Assembly (NCBI GenBank): GCA_042088625.1
Contig: JBELLK010000007.1
Coordinates: 945-64,944, forward strand
Direction of reading: 5' to 3'
Length of the DNA stretch: 64,000 nt
Origin: Flavobacteriales bacterium
Lineage (GTDB): Bacteria > Bacteroidota > Bacteroidia > Flavobacteriales_D > Sanyastnellaceae
Below, piece by piece: positions 9,442 through 19,461 of the stretch. Numbering within the stretch: the first letter of the stretch is position 1; each line of letters starts with the position of its first letter. The notes under the pieces are model-generated. The model was not told the origin of the DNA and searched no databases. It saw only the letters and a list, made by a program, of their open reading frames with translations. A program made the translations under genes and the position numbers.

Positions 9442-11904
9442 TTGGGTGTTTCTTTGAGCGTGCCTAAAGCTTCAACTCATCCCGTTCACGCTCCACTCGA
9501 GACGTGGTTTGCCTCCCGCGGTTGGGAGCCCCAGCCGTTTCAGCGAGAGGTTTGGACTTCGTCGGGTGAAGGGTGCGACGGGTTGTTGCAAGCCCCAACA
9601 GGCAGTGGCAAAACGTATGCTGCCATGGGTCACGTCTTTGCACATGCCGCCAATCAAGAAAAACGTCGTTCGGGTGTCAAGCTCATTTGGGTAGCACCGT
9701 TGCGGGCGTTGTCAGCCGACATTGCGGACGCCGCAAGGGAGATGGCGACGGGCTTGGGGCTGGACTGGGAAGTGGGAACGAGGACTGGGGACACGTCGTC
9801 CAAAGAAAAAGCCAGGCAAAGAACGGCCTTGCCCGACGTGTTGATCACGACCCCTGAGTCGCTCCACATCCTGATCGCACAAAAGGGCGGCGCCAAAAGG
9901 CTGGCGGCCGTACGGATGGTTGTGGTGGATGAATGGCATGAGCTGCTTGGGTCGAAGCGTGGGGTTCAAGTGGAGTTGGCTGTTTCTTGGATTCGACATT
10001 GTGCGATGAAACGAGGAGAGCGCGTCCCGGTTTGGGGCGTCAGCGCGACTGTGGCCCATCCAACGGAAGCGTTGGAGGCCCTGGTGGGGCATCGCGAAGG
10101 CACCTTGGTTCGGGCGGACATCACGAAAGAGATCCGAATCAAAAGCACAATGCCCCAAGCGTTCGCCCGACTGCCATGGGCGGGTCACATTGGGTTGCAG
10201 TTGTTGGATGAGGTGGCTGAAGTTGTCGAGGCACATCAAAGCACGCTCATCTTCACCAACACCCGTCGTCAAGCGGAAGTGTGGTACCAAGCTTTGCTTG
10301 ACCACAAGCCGGAATGGGCTGGTCTTCTTGCCATGCATCACGGCTCCATTTCGCGCGAGCTCAGGACCTGGGTGGAAGATGCCCTACATGACGGACGGGT
10401 CAGGGCGGTGGTGTGCACAGCGTCCTTGGATTTGGGGGTGGATTTCCGGCCTGTGGATGCGGTGGTCCAAATTGGCGGTCCCAAAGGCGTTTCGCGCATG
10501 ATCCAACGCGCAGGGCGGTGCGGACACCGACCTGGAGAATCCAGCACCGCGCATTTCGTTCCCACGCATGGCCTTGAACTGCTCGAGGCTGTGGCGTTGC
10601 GCGAAGCCATCGCCCATGGGGAAATCGAACCCAAAAGTCCGTTGATGCTGTGTTGGGACGTTTTGGTGCAGTGGCTGTGCACGCTTGCGGTGGGCGACGG
10701 GTTTGAACCCGACGAAGTGGTTGAAGTGTTGCGAGGCACGTTTGCCTTCCGCGAGATGGAACCCGAAGACTGGCAGCAGTGTTTGGACCTGATTTCGACC
10801 GGTGGCCCGTCGTTGCGCGCGTACACAGAGCACCGACGCGTGGATGTCGATGAGGAAGGGCGTTGGGTGATGCGCGATCGGGCCAAAGCGCGCCGCCATC
10901 GAATGAGCATGGGGGCGATTGTCAGCGCCACCATGGTTTCGGTCCAATTGAAAGGGCAAGGATTGTTAGGTCATGTCGAGGAGACCTTTGTGGCCTCGCT
11001 CAAAGAGGGTGACGCGTTCGTCTTCGCTGGCCACACGGTGTCCCTGGTGTCGTTTCAAGGGTTGGTGGCCAAAGTCCGTCGCTCCAAATCCTCCACAGCC
11101 CGAACACCTGCATGGATGGGAGGGAGGATGAGCTTGAGTTCAGAGGTGTCTCACCGTTTGCGATGGGCTTGGGACCGGATGGCTGGGGACGACCAAGATT
11201 GGGAGCCCGAGCTTCAACGTTTGTCCCCAATGGTCCAAATCCAAGCCGAGCGCAGTCACATCCCCCGTGCCCACCAATTGCTCGTGGAGACTTACCAGGA
11301 CGAGGACGGTCACCATTTGTTTTTGTATCCCTTTGAAGGACGCAAGGTGCATGAAGCCCTTGCCATGCTTTTGGCGTATCGGCTGAGCTTGATGTCCCCA
11401 CAGACCTTCAATTGGGCTTGCAACGACGATGGACTGGAATTGCTTTCCGACCAGCCCATCGATTGGGCCCAAATCGTCGATGCCAACCTGCTCGCCCCAT
11501 CCCATTTGATGGACGATTTGAGTGCAGGATTCAATGCTTCTGAACTCGTCAGGAGAAAATTCCGCGACGTGGCGACCATTGCCGGGCTTGTCTTTCAAGG
11601 ATTTCCAGGCGCGGTAGTAAAAGAACGACACCTTTTGACGTCGACCAGTTTGTTGTTGCAGGTCTTTCAGGACCACGACCCCGACAACTTGCTGTTGCGT
11701 CAGGCTCAGGATGAGATGCTCGCGGATCAACTTGAGTTTGGGCGATTGTTGCAATGGCTCCAGTCCATGCCGGATCGGGAAGTGGTGCATTGCGTATTGA
11801 ACAAACCGTCACCCTTGGCCTTTCCGCTGTTCGTCGACCGACTTCGTGAGAGGCTTTCCTCCGAAACACTTGAGAGCCGCCTGAAGCGAATGGCTTGGAC
11901 CTGA
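9442..11904 (+). CDS. Lhr-like DEXH-box helicase of the 'ligase-associated DNA damage response' type
   Basis: 820 aa. Motifs are motif I LQAPTGSGKT, motif II VVDEWH, and a helicase C domain (TASLDLGVDF, QRAGRCGH), followed by a long C-terminal Lhr-type extension. Start uncertain: TTG 9442, or in-frame TTG 9454 / GTG 9460. Confidence 0.85.
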   Translation: MGVSLSVPKASTHPVHAPLETWFASRGWEPQPFQREVWTSSGEGCDGLLQAPTGSGKTYAAMGHVFAHAANQEKRRSGVKLIWVAPLRALSADIADAAREMATGLGLDWEVGTRTGDTSSKEKARQRTALPDVLITTPESLHILIAQKGGAKRLAAVRMVVVDEWHELLGSKRGVQVELAVSWIRHCAMKRGERVPVWGVSATVAHPTEALEALVGHREGTLVRADITKEIRIKSTMPQAFARLPWAGHIGLQLLDEVAEVVEAHQSTLIFTNTRRQAEVWYQALLDHKPEWAGLLAMHHGSISRELRTWVEDALHDGRVRAVVCTASLDLGVDFRPVDAVVQIGGPKGVSRMIQRAGRCGHRPGESSTAHFVPTHGLELLEAVALREAIAHGEIEPKSPLMLCWDVLVQWLCTLAVGDGFEPDEVVEVLRGTFAFREMEPEDWQQCLDLISTGGPSLRAYTEHRRVDVDEEGRWVMRDRAKARRHRMSMGAIVSATMVSVQLKGQGLLGHVEETFVASLKEGDAFVFAGHTVSLVSFQGLVAKVRRSKSSTARTPAWMGGRMSLSSEVSHRLRWAWDRMAGDDQDWEPELQRLSPMVQIQAERSHIPRAHQLLVETYQDEDGHHLFLYPFEGRKVHEALAMLLAYRLSLMSPQTFNWACNDDGLELLSDQPIDWAQIVDANLLAPSHLMDDLSAGFNASELVRRKFRDVATIAGLVFQGFPGAVVKERHLLTSTSLLLQVFQDHDPDNLLLRQAQDEMLADQLEFGRLLQWLQSMPDREVVHCVLNKPSPLAFPLFVDRLRERLSSETLESRLKRMAWT

Positions 11905-11906
11905 CC

Positions 11907-11914
11907 TATTTTTG
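11907..11914 (+). promoter_or_regulatory. -7 promoter box TATTTTTG, 6 nt before ATG 11921
   Basis: Exact TAnnTTTG match immediately after the helicase stop (11902-11904). Confidence 0.4.
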
Positions 11915-11920
11915 CCCCTC

Positions 11921-14296
11921 ATGCAAGCACAACTCACTCTCCGCCTGAAGTTCTTTGTTCAAAAGGCCATGGCCCTCCTCGCAGTTTGTGCTTTGGGCAT
12001 GTTGATGTCCACTGGAGCCTCGGCCCAAGGAACGGTCAAGGGGTTCTTGAAATCGGAGTCTTCTGGTGAGGCTGTGATGTTTGCATCCGTGACGCTTGAA
12101 GGCACCAATTACGGCGTGAGCAGTGACGTGGATGGGTATTACAGTTTGAGTCGCATCCCGGCAGGTCAATACACCATGGTGGTCTCCAGTTTGGAATTTG
12201 AAACATTGAGACAAAGTGTTGATGTGATAAGTGGTAAAGTACTGACTAAAAACATCTTACTAAATCAAAAAGTGGTCACTCTTGAAGGTGCAGAGGTGCG
12301 GGCCGATCGCGAAGAACAAACCACACAGGTGCGCACTTCGGTGGAGACAATTCGCCCCGCCGACATCAAGCGCATTCCAAGTTTTGGTGGTTCGCCCGAC
12401 CTCGTGCAAGCGCTTCAAGTGCTGCCTGGGTTTGTCTCTACTGGGGACCAGGGTGGCCAGTTGTACATCCGAGGCGGATCGCCCATTCAAAACAAGGTGC
12501 TGCTCGACGGCATGCTCATTTACAATGCCTTCCACAGCATTGGCCTTTTCAGCGTGTTCGATTCTGACGCCCTCAGCAACGCGGACGTGTACACCGGGGC
12601 CTTCTCGGCGAAATACGGGGGCCGCGTCAGCAGTGTGATGGACATCCGCACGCGGGATGGCAACATGCGAGAAACGGAAGGTCGCGTCGGTGCGAGTCCA
12701 TTCGGTGCGAAGCTCCTAGTGCATGGCCCGTTGAAGGCCATGTCAGAAAACCAATCGGGTGGAATCAGTTACCTGTTGAGCGTCAAGCACAGCTACTTGG
12801 AACAGTCTTCGTCGTTGTTTTATCCCTACATCAGCGATGGACGCCTGCCGTTTGGCTTCACGGATGCATACGGCAAACTCACCTTTGGCGGTGGAGACGG
12901 CTCGAAGTTGAGTTTGTTTGGATTCAACTTCAATGACAATGCAAGTGTGTTGGACGACAGCACTGGGGTGGATTTCGCGAATTACGGCTGGCGCAACGTC
13001 GGAGGCGGCGGCACCTTCACCGTAGTGCCTCCAGGGAGTTCTGTGCTGTTGAATGGTCATTTCGCCCTGAGCAATTACCGAATCAATTTTGACGAGGTGG
13101 GTTCGCCACGGCGCTTCAGCGAAGTTCAGGGCTTCAATTTTGGCCTTGATTTCAAATATGTTTTGGGGGAGGACAATGTGGAGTATGGTCTCGAGGTCGT
13201 GGGACTTCAGACGGACTTTTCGACCACCAATTCCTTGGACGTGTCGGTCACCCAACAAGAAAACACCACAGAACTCGGGGGGTACTTGGATTACACCGTG
13301 AAACGAGGAGCTTGGATTGTGCAGCCGAGCGTTCGCCTTCAGTACTACAGCTCGCTTGGAAACGCGCGGATTGAGCCGAGGTTTGGGGTCAAATACAAGG
13401 CGAGCGAGCGTCTGCGACTGAAAGCGGCAGGAGGGATGTACTCCCAAAACGTCATTTCCGCCAATTCAGACCGGGACGTGGTCAACTTGTTCTACGGCTT
13501 CTTGGCAGGCCCCCAAAACCTGCAGGACGAGGTCAACCTGCCCGATGGCAGCGTGCGCGAACGACGAAACAGCCTTCAAACGGCCAACCATTTGGTGGCT
13601 GGTTTTGAATTTGACCTGACCGAGCGGCTGAACATCAACACCGAGGGCTACGTCAAGCAATTCACTCAACTGACCAACTTCAACCGCAACAAGCTCTTCC
13701 CGGACAACGTGACGTACGCCGGCGAACCCGATGCGTTCAAGAAAGACTTCATTGTGGAAACGGGCCGCGCGGTTGGCGCCGATGTTGTGGTCAAATACGA
13801 GGAGCGTGAGACTTATCTGTGGTTTGTGTACGGATTGGGGAACGTGGATCGATGGGACGGATTCCAGTGGTACGATCCAGTCTTCGACCGTCGCCACAAC
13901 GTCAACCTTGTGGCGAGCCAGGGGTTCGGCGAAGGGAAGTGGTTGGTGTCGGCGCGCTGGAATTTGGGCTCTGGCCTTCCATTCACCCAAAGCCAGGGCT
14001 ACTACCAAGCGCCTGGCACGGGTGGCGGCATCGACGGGGACTACCTCACTTCGAACCCCAACGACATCAGCATCTTCCTCTCAGGACTCAATGAAGGGCG
14101 CTTGCCTGCATACCACCGTCTTGACCTGAATGTCAATCGGACTTGGGAAGGTGTTGGAGGAGGCGAACTTGAGCTCTCTGCAGGCATCACCAACGTGTAC
14201 AGCCGGGAGAATGTGTTCTACATCAACCGAATCACCGGTCAGCGGAAAAATCAACTTCCGTTCTTGCCTTCAGTGGGATTGGATTGGGCCTTCTGA
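11921..14296 (+). CDS. TonB-dependent outer-membrane receptor with N-terminal CarboxypepD_reg-like domain
   Basis: Signal peptide (MALLAVCALGMLMSTGASAQG). CarboxypepD_reg-like segment (GTVKGFL...DVDGYYSLSRIPAGQYTMVVSSLEFE). Plug motifs (LQVLPGF, GGQLYIRGGSP). Barrel ending ...SVGLDWAF. Confidence 0.85.
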   Translation: MQAQLTLRLKFFVQKAMALLAVCALGMLMSTGASAQGTVKGFLKSESSGEAVMFASVTLEGTNYGVSSDVDGYYSLSRIPAGQYTMVVSSLEFETLRQSVDVISGKVLTKNILLNQKVVTLEGAEVRADREEQTTQVRTSVETIRPADIKRIPSFGGSPDLVQALQVLPGFVSTGDQGGQLYIRGGSPIQNKVLLDGMLIYNAFHSIGLFSVFDSDALSNADVYTGAFSAKYGGRVSSVMDIRTRDGNMRETEGRVGASPFGAKLLVHGPLKAMSENQSGGISYLLSVKHSYLEQSSSLFYPYISDGRLPFGFTDAYGKLTFGGGDGSKLSLFGFNFNDNASVLDDSTGVDFANYGWRNVGGGGTFTVVPPGSSVLLNGHFALSNYRINFDEVGSPRRFSEVQGFNFGLDFKYVLGEDNVEYGLEVVGLQTDFSTTNSLDVSVTQQENTTELGGYLDYTVKRGAWIVQPSVRLQYYSSLGNARIEPRFGVKYKASERLRLKAAGGMYSQNVISANSDRDVVNLFYGFLAGPQNLQDEVNLPDGSVRERRNSLQTANHLVAGFEFDLTERLNINTEGYVKQFTQLTNFNRNKLFPDNVTYAGEPDAFKKDFIVETGRAVGADVVVKYEERETYLWFVYGLGNVDRWDGFQWYDPVFDRRHNVNLVASQGFGEGKWLVSARWNLGSGLPFTQSQGYYQAPGTGGGIDGDYLTSNPNDISIFLSGLNEGRLPAYHRLDLNVNRTWEGVGGGELELSAGITNVYSRENVFYINRITGQRKNQLPFLPSVGLDWAF

Positions 14297-15955
14297 TCAA
14301 GAAGAGGCCATGAGTTGCCTTGCTTGTCCCAAGGCTTCTGACGTCACGTTTTCACCGCTCAACATGGTGGCAATGGCCTGATGACGCTCCTGTTCGGAGA
14401 GTTTGACGACCTGAACGTGGGTCGAGGCGCCGTCGGTGGTTTTTCGCACCTCCCAGTGATGTTCAGCTTGGGCAGCCACCTGGGGGAGGTGGGTGACCGA
14501 AAGCACCTGCTGGGTTTGAGAGGCTTGTGCCATTTCTTTCATCGCGCTCCCCATGTGCATCGCCACTTCACCGCTGACGCCCGTGTCGATTTCATCCAAC
14601 ACAAGGACCGGTGTGGATTGAATGCGAGCCAACACGGACTTCAGTGCCAGCATGAAACGCGATCGCTCTCCGCCACTCGCGACTTTGGTCAGTGGCAACA
14701 AGGGAGACCCTGGATTGCTCGCAAACCAAATTTCAGGCGCTTCCATGCCCATTTCATCCGGGGCGCAAGACGGCATCTCCCACGCCATGCGCGCATGCGG
14801 CATCTTGAGGTTGTTCAGTTTAGGAAGCACCAAGGCGGTGAGTTGTTCGCCAGCCTGCTTTCGAACTTCGGTTAAGGCTGTACCAGCTGTTTCCAGTTCT
14901 TGCCGCATGTGGTCATGCCGCGCGCGCGCATCGCCCAATGCTTCCTCAAGGCCTCCAATGGCCTCCAGTTGACGGTTCAATTCATCCAGCTTGGACGTCA
15001 ATCCTTCTGGGGCATCCACTTGGTGCTTGCGCATGGCCCGAACGACAGCATCATGGGTTGATTCAAGCTGACTCAATCTGCTAGGGTCGGGTTGTTTTTG
15101 CTCCTGCAATTGCAAAAGCGTGTCTGTCAGGTCTTGCAATTCAATGCGCACGCTCAACAAGCGCCCGATCACTTCATCCACTTCCTTGTCGACGCCTTGC
15201 AATTGACTCAGAGCGCGCCTCGCTTCCTCAAGGTTGTGCAATGCGCCCAATTCGTCTCCGTCACAGGCGTTGGACGCAACCCGGAGACTCTCGTGAAGTT
15301 CATGGGCGTGCTGCAAAGTGCTCAATTCGGCGTTCAAAGTCTCCCAATCGAGGGCATGAAGACGCAGGGCATCCAATTCGTTGATTTGGTGCTCGAGGTA
15401 ATGCACGTCGCCCGACGGTGCTCGTGCAAGCACTTCCAATGCATCCAACTCCGATTTGGCGTTCAACCAAGTGCTGTAGGCCTTGAGGTACGCGTCTTTC
15501 GCGGAAGCGTGGTCGCCCGCGACATCCAGAATGTGAGACAGCGCAGGTCGATCAAACGTGATGCCCACGTCGTCTTGTTTGTGAAGGCTGACGAGCAGAC
15601 TGCCCAATTCTCGCAATTGGCCGACTGTGGCTTGAGCGTCGTTGATGAACACACGAGAACGGCCGTTTCTGAGCACTTCTCGTCGAATGGAAATGCCAAT
15701 GGCGTCAGGAAGGTCGTGCTGATCTAGCCAAGCTGACAGGGAGGGCGCAACAAACTCGCCCTCAATCACGGCACGATCCCCGTTCAAGCCAACGCCACTG
15801 GTGTCAGCCCTGTCTCCGAGCAAGAGTCCAACAGCACCGAGGAGAATGCTTTTGCCCGAGCCCGTTTCACCCGTGAACACATGAAACCCCTCTTTGAACG
15901 AAAGGTCCGCCTCTTGAATCAAGGCATGGTTTTGGATCGTCAGTCGGCGAAGCAT
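14297..15955 (-). CDS. recN: DNA repair protein RecN
   Basis: 552 aa. Walker A (FTGETGSGKSILLGAV), a long coiled-coil middle, and a C-terminal ASGGERSRFMLALK...LVLDEIDTG. Confidence 0.92.
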   Translation of the reverse strand: MLRRLTIQNHALIQEADLSFKEGFHVFTGETGSGKSILLGAVGLLLGDRADTSGVGLNGDRAVIEGEFVAPSLSAWLDQHDLPDAIGISIRREVLRNGRSRVFINDAQATVGQLRELGSLLVSLHKQDDVGITFDRPALSHILDVAGDHASAKDAYLKAYSTWLNAKSELDALEVLARAPSGDVHYLEHQINELDALRLHALDWETLNAELSTLQHAHELHESLRVASNACDGDELGALHNLEEARRALSQLQGVDKEVDEVIGRLLSVRIELQDLTDTLLQLQEQKQPDPSRLSQLESTHDAVVRAMRKHQVDAPEGLTSKLDELNRQLEAIGGLEEALGDARARHDHMRQELETAGTALTEVRKQAGEQLTALVLPKLNNLKMPHARMAWEMPSCAPDEMGMEAPEIWFASNPGSPLLPLTKVASGGERSRFMLALKSVLARIQSTPVLVLDEIDTGVSGEVAMHMGSAMKEMAQASQTQQVLSVTHLPQVAAQAEHHWEVRKTTDGASTHVQVVKLSEQERHQAIATMLSGENVTSEALGQARQLMASS

Positions 15956-15956
15956 G

Positions 15957-16862
15957 TCAGCCGAGACGTTGGTCGTATGCTTGAATGTTGCCAGGGTCCA
16001 ACTGCTTCAGGATCGGAATCAAGCGTGCTTTCTCCGCGTCGGGAGCAGGCCCAAACACATTGATGATTTCATCGCTTTTGGCCAAGAAGAAGACCTGAAT
16101 GTTGAATGAGCCCGGACGAATGCGGTTGGTTGAGCGCATGTCGATCAGTGCCTCGGCCATCGTCAAGCGCGCGCCCTCGACGTCGTCGAACAACACATCC
16201 AATCCTTTGCGGTGGTAGTTGTAGAGGCACGTGCGGACAGGTCGAAACGTCTGGCTCAGGTGATTCTCGATCAACCAGTACCGATTTTGTTTTCCTTGAG
16301 AGGCCTTCCAGCCGCGTTCGCCTGCGTTTTGTGCATTGGCGACAATGGCTTGGGCCTGAAGGAAGTGGGGGGTGCCACCTTCAAGGCTGAACGTGTCGTA
16401 ATCCATCCCCAAAATCATGTAGGCGTAGTAGGCCAAAAGCGACGACAAGTTGTCGCGATGCTGTCCAGGGTTGAACAGGATGTTGCTGTTGTCGAGCCAC
16501 TCGAATTGGATGTCGCCGTCGTTGACCAACAACACGGCAGTGTTGTAATCGGAATTGAACACGGGGCGTGAACTCTGCACTTGCATGCTGCCCTTGAACA
16601 CCGTCGAGCCAACCGCTTCGCTGATGGTCAATTGAAGGGTGCATTCAATCCGCTCTTCAAACTCAAAATTGTCTTCCGTCCAACGGCGACCATTCATGAA
16701 CTCCCGAATGCCATCCTCGAGCGCCTCGAAACGCGAGGCGTCAACGTTGCTGATTTGCGGCGCGATCACCGTCACATTGCAATTGAGTTCTTGTGCAGAA
16801 GCGCGAGAAAACATGCTTGCACCCAGCAAAACAGGCATCCACAGTCGTGTGCGGTTGCTCAT
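15957..16862 (-). CDS. DUF4835-family protein (labelled T9SS-associated PorD by some pipelines; from memory)
   Basis: Start moved to ATG 16862 (MSNRTRLWMPVLLGASMFSRASAQ, a signal peptide), which avoids overlapping coaBC. It sits in the conserved Bacteroidota position between coaBC and recN. Confidence 0.6.
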   Translation of the reverse strand: MSNRTRLWMPVLLGASMFSRASAQELNCNVTVIAPQISNVDASRFEALEDGIREFMNGRRWTEDNFEFEERIECTLQLTISEAVGSTVFKGSMQVQSSRPVFNSDYNTAVLLVNDGDIQFEWLDNSNILFNPGQHRDNLSSLLAYYAYMILGMDYDTFSLEGGTPHFLQAQAIVANAQNAGERGWKASQGKQNRYWLIENHLSQTFRPVRTCLYNYHRKGLDVLFDDVEGARLTMAEALIDMRSTNRIRPGSFNIQVFFLAKSDEIINVFGPAPDAEKARLIPILKQLDPGNIQAYDQRLG

Positions 16863-16897
16863 CTTGGAAATAAAATTGGGGGGCTTGGCCAAGGAAA

Positions 16898-18133
16898 TCA
16901 TGTGTTCAGGGTTGTCCTCCAAAGCTCAACGAGGTCTTTCGCGACTTCGTACTTGGACTTCAACTCAAAACTAACGCTTTTCCCATCTCGAAAGTGCACG
17001 CTGACTTTGTTGGTTTCGTGTCCAAATCCAGCGCCGTCGTCCTTGAGGCTGTTCAGCACAATGGCATCCAAATTCTTCCGCGCCATTTTCCCTTGTGCAC
17101 TGGCCAAACCGTCGTCGCTTTCCAAGGCAAATCCCACCAAATTTTGGTGGTCTTTTTTGTCTGCACCCATGCCCGCCAGGATGTCAGGGTTTTCAACCAA
17201 CTCAACGGCTTCTGGCACGTCTCCACGATGCCACTTATCAGCGGAGGTTTGGGCTGGACGAAAGTCGGAAACGGCAGCGCACGCGATGCCCCAGTCCATG
17301 TCTTCCCAATGCCGTTGAACCACCTCGTTCATTTCAACGGCAGTTTGCACGTCGATGCGCGCGTGCACACGGTCAGGGGTGGCCAAATGCACGGGACCCG
17401 CAACCAGGGTCACGTTGGCGCCAGCGTTGGCCAGTACATCGGCGAGGGCAAAGCCCATCTTGCCTGAGCTGCGATTGCCGAGAAAGCGCACAGCGTCCAT
17501 GGGTTCATGGGTCGGCCCTGCGGTGATGAGCACTTTCTTCCCTGCCCATGGCAACTGAGAAGCGAAGTGCGCTGCAACCTCGTCTGCAATGTCTTCTGGT
17601 TCAGCCATTCGGCCTTTGCCTTGCAATCCGCTTGCGAGCAGGCCCGTGCCAGGCTCGATCACACGAACGCCACGGTCAGCCAGCGTCCGAAGGTTGGATT
17701 GAGTGGCGTCATGCGTGAACATGTCAAGGTCCATTGCGGGTGCCACGGCAACGGGGCACCGTGCGCTCAACAAGACGGCCTGCAACAGGTTGTCGCACCC
17801 TCCGTGCACCATGGCTGCAAGGGTGTTTGCCGTTGCCGGTGCGACCAAGATCAAATCTCCCCAGATGCCCAATTCGACGTGGTTGGTCCACACGCCCGCA
17901 TGTTCATCTTCAGTGAAGTCGGAGTGCACGGGGTGGTCCACCAAGGTGGCCAGGGTCAGAGGGGTGATGAATTCTGTGGCGCCTGGCGTCATGACAACGC
18001 GCACTTCCGCACCTCGCCGTCTCAGTTCGCGCGCGAGCACGGCAGATTTGTACGCGGCGATGCTCCCGGTGATGCCGAGAACAATGCGTCGACCCGTTAG
18101 GGGAAGTTCAGAAGGGGTGGAGGCCAGCGACAT
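16898..18133 (-). CDS. coaBC: Bifunctional phosphopantothenoylcysteine decarboxylase / phosphopantothenate-cysteine ligase
   Basis: 411 aa. Flavoprotein motif ([10 protein letters not shown]), PAMDLDM, and a CoaB half ([25 protein letters not shown]). Confidence 0.93.
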   Translation of the reverse strand: MSLASTPSELPLTGRRIVLGITGSIAAYKSAVLARELRRRGAEVRVVMTPGATEFITPLTLATLVDHPVHSDFTEDEHAGVWTNHVELGIWGDLILVAPATANTLAAMVHGGCDNLLQAVLLSARCPVAVAPAMDLDMFTHDATQSNLRTLADRGVRVIEPGTGLLASGLQGKGRMAEPEDIADEVAAHFASQLPWAGKKVLITAGPTHEPMDAVRFLGNRSSGKMGFALADVLANAGANVTLVAGPVHLATPDRVHARIDVQTAVEMNEVVQRHWEDMDWGIACAAVSDFRPAQTSADKWHRGDVPEAVELVENPDILAGMGADKKDHQNLVGFALESDDGLASAQGKMARKNLDAIVLNSLKDDGAGFGHETNKVSVHFRDGKSVSFELKSKYEVAKDLVELWRTTLNT

Positions 18134-18145
18134 GGCCGCGTCGAA

Positions 18146-18496
18146 TCAAGCTTCGTCTTCGAGGTCGGTCTCTTCCTCAGTCTTGCCGATGTGCAACGAC
18201 TCATCCTGCAATTCCTTGATTGCAATGCTGTGCGGCTTGGGCAAACGCTCGTAGTATTTCGAAATCTCGATTTGTTCCCGGTTCTCAAACACTTCTTCCA
18301 AAGAGTCGGTGGGGATGACAAACTCCTCCAGCTTTTCAGAGAGTTCTTTGCGCAAGCTCAAGGCCACTTGGTTGCTTCGCTTTGACAAGGCCACGATGGT
18401 TTCAAAGATGTTTCCAGTGCCTTGCGTTTCCAAGTCATGGATGTTGCGCGTCTCAGTGGTGCGCTCGGCTTTGATGGTCTTGAAGTTTGTGCTCAT
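18146..18496 (-). CDS. rpoZ: RNA polymerase omega-subunit-like protein (Bacteroidota type)
   Basis: 116-aa acidic protein located between bamD and coaBC, as in other Bacteroidota. Assignment rests mainly on synteny. Confidence 0.55.
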   Translation of the reverse strand: MSTNFKTIKAERTTETRNIHDLETQGTGNIFETIVALSKRSNQVALSLRKELSEKLEEFVIPTDSLEEVFENREQIEISKYYERLPKPHSIAIKELQDESLHIGKTEEETDLEDEA

Positions 18497-18499
18497 GCT

Positions 18500-19381
18500 T
18501 CAGCGATTCGTCGTGTTGTTGCCGCTTGGTTCTTCCAGTTCAGCGATGCCTTTCACCGAAGCGTCATAGAGACGTTGGGCGTCCTTCATCCGGGAACTGG
18601 TCGGAAAACGGGAGGCAAAGGTATGAAAAGCTTCAATAGCATCGTTGTAGCGTTCCATTTTCCTGCGCTCCGTGCTTCGCGTGGCATATTGAAAATGACT
18701 GTCGATGATCAAGAATTGCAATTCCTCTTGGTAGGGAGAACCAGGGTAGTCTTCCATGGCGTGTTTCATCGCAATGGTCGCACTCTTGTAATTGCCCGTT
18801 TTGTGATACAACCTCGCGTTTTCAAAGGCCTTCAATTCAAGCTTGCTCCGGAGGTTGTCCACCATGGCCTGGCTGCTGTCCCTGAGTGCACTCGAAGGGT
18901 AACGGTCCATGAACAATTGGAGCTCATCGATGGCTGAGCGGGTTTCGGTTTGGTCCAAACTTGCGCCAGGAGACAAGTAAAAAGAGCACAAGGCTGCCCG
19001 GAAAAAGGCCTCTTCAACCCTGGCGTCATTGGGGAAGGTCTTGGCAAACGACTGGAAATAGTAACGGCTGAGGTAGAAGTCGTTGACGCAATCGTGGGTC
19101 AAAGCACGGCTCCAGTGGATGTCAGGAGCTTGTTCCGTGCCTCGGGTCAATTGCATCAGCTCGTCGTAAAGCGGGAGGGCTCTGAAGCAATTGCCGGAGT
19201 CGAGCGCGGCTTCTGCGTAGCTCATTTTCTCCGCGACATCTCCTGACTTCAGCATCTTGTTGTACCCCGAGCACTGCGAGAGGCTTGCAACGATGGCGAT
19301 GGCGGCCAAACTGCCAATGAAAGTGTCGCGCGTCATGGGCGCCGAAGGTACAACGGTTGCACTGACCGGTCTTGAAAACAT
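18500..19381 (-). CDS. bamD: Outer-membrane assembly lipoprotein BamD (TPR-like)
   Basis: Lipobox-like IVASLSQC after a hydrophobic leader, helical-repeat body, and synteny with rpoZ-coaBC. ATG 19381 chosen; GTG 19390 or ATG 19336 are possible. Confidence 0.7.
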   Translation of the reverse strand: MFSRPVSATVVPSAPMTRDTFIGSLAAIAIVASLSQCSGYNKMLKSGDVAEKMSYAEAALDSGNCFRALPLYDELMQLTRGTEQAPDIHWSRALTHDCVNDFYLSRYYFQSFAKTFPNDARVEEAFFRAALCSFYLSPGASLDQTETRSAIDELQLFMDRYPSSALRDSSQAMVDNLRSKLELKAFENARLYHKTGNYKSATIAMKHAMEDYPGSPYQEELQFLIIDSHFQYATRSTERRKMERYNDAIEAFHTFASRFPTSSRMKDAQRLYDASVKGIAELEEPSGNNTTNR

Positions 19382-19417
19382 TGTGAACACCCTCTCTGTG
19401 ACCTCGGCAGAGCGAGA

Positions 19418-19425
19418 TACTTTTG
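19418..19425 (+). promoter_or_regulatory. -7 promoter box TACTTTTG, 36 nt before the TTG start at 19462
   Basis: Exact TAnnTTTG match in the bamD / alpha-oxoamine synthase divergent intergenic region. Confidence 0.4.
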
Positions 19426-19461
19426 AGCGTTGTACATTCGCACCTTCTAAATCTCTGATTT

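Noticed and set aside
9442-14296. Possible complete ligase-associated DNA-repair island around the Lhr-type helicase.
   Set aside because: Only the helicase is present. The adjacent genes are a secreted hypothetical protein and a TonB-dependent receptor, with no ligase, PdeM or exonuclease ORF in any frame nearby.
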